A DNA stretch of 64,000 bases from IMG/VR virus record IMGVR_UViG_3300029893_000001, positions 310,001 through 374,000 of that record; one strand, 5' to 3'. Position 1 is the stretch's first letter. Each line of letters starts with the position of its first letter. This document shows positions 60,420 through 64,000 of this stretch, in pieces. Both the position numbers and the translations under genes were made by a program. The notes under the pieces are model-generated. The model was not told where the DNA came from, did no database searches, and saw only the letters and a list, made by a program, of their open reading frames with translations.

Positions 60420-61170
60420 TCCGCAGATTCAGTTTCCTCCGCCCTGCGCTGCGGCTCAATCTGAGTGACCATGAGAAGGGAGTGCAGTATTCGTTAGCCT
60501 CGTTGGAGATAGTGTGCCCTTTGACTGCCGAGGGTGCAATAGCAATCTGCACCTAAACATAGGCCCGGCAATCTACAGACGATAGTCCAGCGAAGCACCG
60601 AACAATGCGTGTAACCTACGCGATGGTCAAACAATCGAGATGAGTACGAAAGGGAGTTAATTGGCGAGTCAAGGCGTCCTCCTAACGAGACTCTTTTGGG
60701 CCAGCTTTCGCTTTTAAGTGGCGTGGAGGTACGACACAATCTGCAACGTCCAGTAGCAGAAGCCCTGCCCTTGTACTCAGAACATTATCCAGCATATGCT
60801 GGAAGCGAATGGCTATGTTCCTTCGCCACCCGTTCCCCTTGAGCCGCCTTTAGCGGACGCTCATTGGTCCTATCGGAAGCCTAGGCACATCTTGCCCAAG
60901 ATTCCAATAGTATCAATTCAATCTCCGAGCGGTCCAGCCAGGGGGACCGATCCCTGCCACGAACTTAGCGGCGGCGCGTCATTCGTGGCTATATAGTCTC
61001 GAAGTGGTTACGACTCTTGCCCGACAAGTGTCGCAGCAATCAACTGGTCCAGGGGAAGGATTCAGTTGAGTAGGTATGCTTAGTTGCTTCTTGGCGGGTT
61101 TCCTACTAAACCCAGCCAGTCATAAGCTGTAGAACAGGAGAATCATTTCCAGTCCTCCGGCTGTGGGATT
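60420..61170 (-). ncRNA. candidate large structured ncRNA (~750 nt)
   Basis: No credible ORF in an otherwise gene-dense region; dense hairpins and long-range stems; strand inferred from neighbours. Confidence 0.5.
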
Positions 61171-61205
61171 CATTAAACGCGAAGAGGGGCCCGAAGGCCC
61201 CTCTT

Positions 61206-61760
61206 CTATGCGTCCACCATCGCCCGACGGCTCCAGTAGAGGATTGCCTTGGCGAAATCCTCCGCCGAATAGGTGGCCGGCGTTCCTCCGGGGAGACCCA
61301 GGAAGTTGCGGGCCATCGCCATCGGAGTCTGGGGCTCCGGCTCCTCGGTGGGGCGGGCGTTGATCGAGACGATCTCCCACTCGCATTCCGTCGAGGCGTC
61401 GTTGCCGAGAACGTCGTGCCTGTAGAGCACGATCTCGACGACCTTCGCGGGAGCCTTCTCGCCCTTCGCACGCACCTCGATGTAGGGCTCCTCGCCCTCT
61501 CGCCGCGCCGAGAACGTCGCCCGGAGCGTCGTCTTCGGAGTGACCTCGATGACGCCACACTTGAAGTAGTGCGCCTGACTCTCGGTCATCGGGATGAGCA
61601 GAACGCCGTCGCGGTAGCCCGGCTTCGCCTCGGAGAACTGCTGCTCGACGAAAGCGATGAGCACATCCCACTTCGCATCGTGGGTGGCGATGAAGTGTGA
61701 GAAGGGGCTCTCCGGCGTCTGGCGACGCACGAAGTCATTGATTCCGATGAGGTTACCCAT
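61206..61760 (-). CDS. DUF3228-like protein
   Basis: INDFVRRQ, PGYRDGV, FSARREGEEP, IVLY, WEIVSIN, PMAMARNFLGLPGG; promoter motif at 61792. Confidence 0.72.
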   Translation of the reverse strand: MGNLIGINDFVRRQTPESPFSHFIATHDAKWDVLIAFVEQQFSEAKPGYRDGVLLIPMTESQAHYFKCGVIEVTPKTTLRATFSARREGEEPYIEVRAKGEKAPAKVVEIVLYRHDVLGNDASTECEWEIVSINARPTEEPEPQTPMAMARNFLGLPGGTPATYSAEDFAKAILYWSRRAMVDA

Positions 61761-61807
61761 GATTGATTCGGCCTCCCTTTGCCTCGCCAAACTACTATCG
61801 ATTGGGT

Positions 61808-62020
61808 TCAGTCCCTCTCGATCGCGGAGAAGTCTCCCAGGTTCCACGTGGTGTGAGTGGGCTGCATGATGCCGAGAACCTGAGTTCCGTAGTTCTTCTC
61901 GTAATCCCAGGTGTTGAAGTCGCCCCGCGACTGAGCGTAGGCAGCGATGACAGCCTCTCGTGGAGAGCACGAAAACGTCTGCTCGTGGCAGGTGGCGAGG
62001 TTGAGGACAGTGGTGAACAT
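61808..62020 (-). CDS. hypothetical protein
   Basis: Start MFTTVL after GAGGAGG following hairpin-TTTAA at 62040. Confidence 0.65.
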   Translation of the reverse strand: MFTTVLNLATCHEQTFSCSPREAVIAAYAQSRGDFNTWDYEKNYGTQVLGIMQPTHTTWNLGDFSAIERD

Positions 62021-62072
62021 GATTGATTTCCTCCTCTCATTAAACGCGAGAAGGGGCCCGAAGGCCCCGTTC

Positions 62073-62490
62073 TTAGTGACTCCAGGAGCGACGCACACCC
62101 TTCGAGAGGCGGCGAATCATTCGCTCCTCCTGAGCGATGACCTTCCTGGCGACCGGATTGAAATCGCGCAGGTCATCGCGCGTTGGGTAGATCCGGTCGA
62201 TGTCCAGTCCGAATCCCCTACCGCTGTGATGGCTGAAGAGACTTACATGACCAGGAAAAGCCATCGTCTCGATGTAGTGTCCAATCACGACTGTCGAGAT
62301 CGTGACGTGCCGGGTCTTGCACCACGTGCGGTACTCCGGACGAAAGAGATCCCAGGACTTCGGGATGCGCCGTCCGTACCACCGGATGATCGGCTGCTTG
62401 AAGACGACCTTCGTGACCCTCTGGACCTGACCGTCCTTGTGGGTGATGATCTCGGTGGAGCGCCGGAGAGCGCCGGAGAATGTTGCTCAT
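62073..62490 (-). pseudogene. cassette gene frameshifted by a 10-bp tandem duplication
   Basis: GCGCCGGAGA x2 at 62460-62479; removing one unit gives a single 135-aa ORF joining ATG 62490 to the 62073-62288 frame. Confidence 0.75.
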
Positions 62491-62608
62491 GATTGATTGC
62501 CTCCTCTGATTGATTGCCTCCTCGCTCAACTATTATCGGCGGGGTTCAGCGTTCTCTTAAACGCGAGAAGGGGCCCGAAGGCCCCTCGTACGCAGCTCAC
62601 TTAGTGAG

Positions 62609-63232
62609 CTAGTTGGTCTCCGAAGGAGGCGGCAGGACAGCCGATGGCCTTCGGGGAGACGCCCACTTTTCCGCGGCCTGTTCGATGTTGCCATCCGTCA
62701 GGGTGCCGACTTCCATCCTGATGAAGTGCATCGCCTCATTTCGGTAACGATCTGCTTCGAGCGAATCGCAGAAGACCTCGACGAGATTCTTCGCGTCGGC
62801 CAGACCGAGGCCGTGCATCTCGCGGGCCTTCTTGATGGCGGGGATCTTCCTGCCAGTGTTGTTCGGACCTCCGACCACCGCCATGAACTTCGCGGCGGGA
62901 TCGAGATCCTTGACGGGGAAGGGGCACTGCTTTCCGATGTTGCCTCGGATGCGATCGTTGTCGTACTTGAGGCGACCGTTCTCCTGTCGGAGCGTCGCGA
63001 TCTCTTCGCGCTGAAGAGCCACGGTCTTGTTCATGTGAGACCACTCACAGACCATCGCCGACGCATCGGCGTGGATCGACTCCAAGAGCGACGAGGCGCC
63101 GAGCACCATCGCATAGATGGGCACCAACACCAGGTTGAAGGGCTCGTCCTCGACCTGTTCCTTGAGACGGTCCGCGGCGTCTCGGACCATCGTCGTCAGG
63201 ATCTCCAGGTTCTTCACGAACGTGTCGTACAT
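62609..63232 (-). CDS. protein with ribosomal L7/L12 C-terminal-like domain
   Basis: RKIPAIKKAREMHGLGLADAKNLVE; GGAGG; promoter motif at 63263. Confidence 0.72.
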   Translation of the reverse strand: MYDTFVKNLEILTTMVRDAADRLKEQVEDEPFNLVLVPIYAMVLGASSLLESIHADASAMVCEWSHMNKTVALQREEIATLRQENGRLKYDNDRIRGNIGKQCPFPVKDLDPAAKFMAVVGGPNNTGRKIPAIKKAREMHGLGLADAKNLVEVFCDSLEADRYRNEAMHFIRMEVGTLTDGNIEQAAEKWASPRRPSAVLPPPSETN

Positions 63233-63625
63233 TACCAATTCCTCCGGGCCAGAAGTTGGCACTTAGTATCGCCAGGGTCCAACCCCTTAAGCAAGAAAAG
63301 GGCGGCCCCGAAGGACCGCCAATTCATCGGTACATGTTGGCTTCCTGATGGGAAGCCCAATCGTCGTTGACGATCTCGGCGAGTTTGCGAGCAACCTGCT
63401 CACCGTACTTCGAGATCCACTCTTGGAGTTGTTCCCCCGAGAGCGGCTTGATCTCGTATCCGACCATCGGGTCGGAAGCCGGAAGAGCAGGGAAAACCTG
63501 CGGCGGGTCCGAGAAGGCAAACTTGGTGGGTTGCATCGTCTCGACGACGGTGGCGATCACGAGATATTCCACTCCATCCAGAGTGAACTCGTGCTCCCTT
63601 TCGGGATAGGTGAAGCTCTTGTGAT

Positions 63626-63976
63626 TCACTCGCCCTCCTTCTGGTTGAGCCGACTGAGACACGTCTCGCAGATGATGACTTCGCCACGCGTCATCATGCG
63701 ACCACCGCAGTCTCCCCGCGGATTGTTGTTCCAATTCACGCAGTCATCCAGAGCGTACAGGCCGGTGACTTCGACAACCTCCGGAGAGGCGTCGCGGTGG
63801 TCGTAGATGCCCAGCTCCCACCGACCGTCGGCCATCTTCTGACCGGTGGTGTTGGACCAGTTTTCTCCGACGCACCACGGCTCCGGGAGAAGTTCCTCGA
63901 CCTTCGTCGGATCGTTCGGACAGATGATGAGGCGCTCGTCGAGATTGATCTCCGTTCGATTCGCCACGTCCAGCAT
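63626..63976 (-). CDS. hypothetical protein
   Basis: 116-aa ORF with C-terminal Cys cluster. Confidence 0.55.
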   Translation of the reverse strand: MLDVANRTEINLDERLIICPNDPTKVEELLPEPWCVGENWSNTTGQKMADGRWELGIYDHRDASPEVVEVTGLYALDDCVNWNNNPRGDCGGRMMTRGEVIICETCLSRLNQKEGE

Positions 63977-64000
63977 GGACTTGAGCCACTCCCGAGTCTG

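Larger units (their letters stand above)
10901..63280 (-). promoter_or_regulatory. dispersed promoter-like motif GAACCC-N4-RATANT-AR (about 30 copies, all minus-oriented)
   Basis: 18-nt copies starting at + coordinates 10901, 22255, 30951, 38681, 39992, 43645, 46827, 50228, 50823, 50968, 51513, 51677, 51959, 52496, 53131, 53423, 53751, 54214, 54696, 54922, 55178, 55472, 56413, 57260, 58207, 58950, 59946, 61792, 62530, 63263; nearly all just upstream of an SD/ATG, tRNA or structured segment. Confidence 0.85.
49908..63320 (-). terminator. repeated GC hairpin followed by a pyrimidine-rich spacer and TTTAA (terminator- or processing-like)
   Basis: TTAA(A) on + at 49908, 50253, 51011, 51704, 52188, 52527, 53163, 53790, 54251, 54733, 55215, 56449, 57289, 59408, 60178, 61173, 62040, 62557, 63287, each adjacent to a hairpin (GGGGCC-TTCG-GGCCCC three times). 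Confidence 0.75.

Noticed and set aside
60421-60460. Group II intron domain V or RNase P signature
   Set aside because: GAGCCG and GAGGAAA-like strings occur but lack the required pairing geometry and position
61120-61146. Leader peptide MILLFYSL after GGAGG
   Set aside because: Eight codons inside a structured segment; cannot be distinguished from chance
49524-63806. Long plus-strand and alternative-frame ORFs (e.g. 52109-53134, 55731-56717, 57340-58065, 62726-63370)
   Set aside because: Arg/Pro/Ser-rich shadow ORFs of GC-rich DNA that cross promoters, hairpins and SD-supported minus-strand genes
1-64000. Stop-codon reassignment
   Set aside because: Recognisable genes are full length under the standard code and end in TAA, TAG and TGA

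Overview
This window looks like a 64 kb piece of a large (jumbo/huge) phage genome. It has dense, almost entirely minus-strand ORFs and no rRNA, CRISPR array or integrase; stop codons behave as in the standard code. 1-10.9 kb is a replication/translation module: PolB-type 3'-5' exonuclease, beta-clamp, IF-1, DnaB, DEDD exonuclease, SF2 helicase, dUTPase, KhpA-like protein and 5'-3' exonuclease. 11-49 kb is accessory: metallophosphoesterase, MetAP, DNA methyltransferase, CoaB/aldolase fusion, ADP-ribosylglycohydrolase, AAA ATPase, a pyruvate-kinase-like/VWA/J-domain-kinase cluster, HD, HAD, nucleotidyltransferase, GNAT, 2H phosphoesterase, orphan antitoxins, HNH and many small hypotheticals. 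At about 49.7 kb a run of six near-contiguous inverted repeats marks a switch to a visibly more GC-rich region built of repeated cassettes. Each cassette has a conserved promoter-like motif (GAACCC-N4-RATANT, about 30 copies in the window), a Shine-Dalgarno site and a small ORF, and a GC hairpin followed by TTTAA; a palindromic operator-like box sits next to several promoters. The most striking observation is that several cassettes or spacers hold compact, highly base-paired non-coding segments instead of ORFs. One has a circularly permuted tRNA-like (YrlA-type) module plus a kissing-loop domain, one has a 24-bp closing stem, and one is a ~750-nt ornate segment. There are also two tRNAs and a separate 79-nt tmRNA-TLD-like alanine-acceptor mimic at 34.2 kb. 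All structures were derived by eye; no folding or database search was run.
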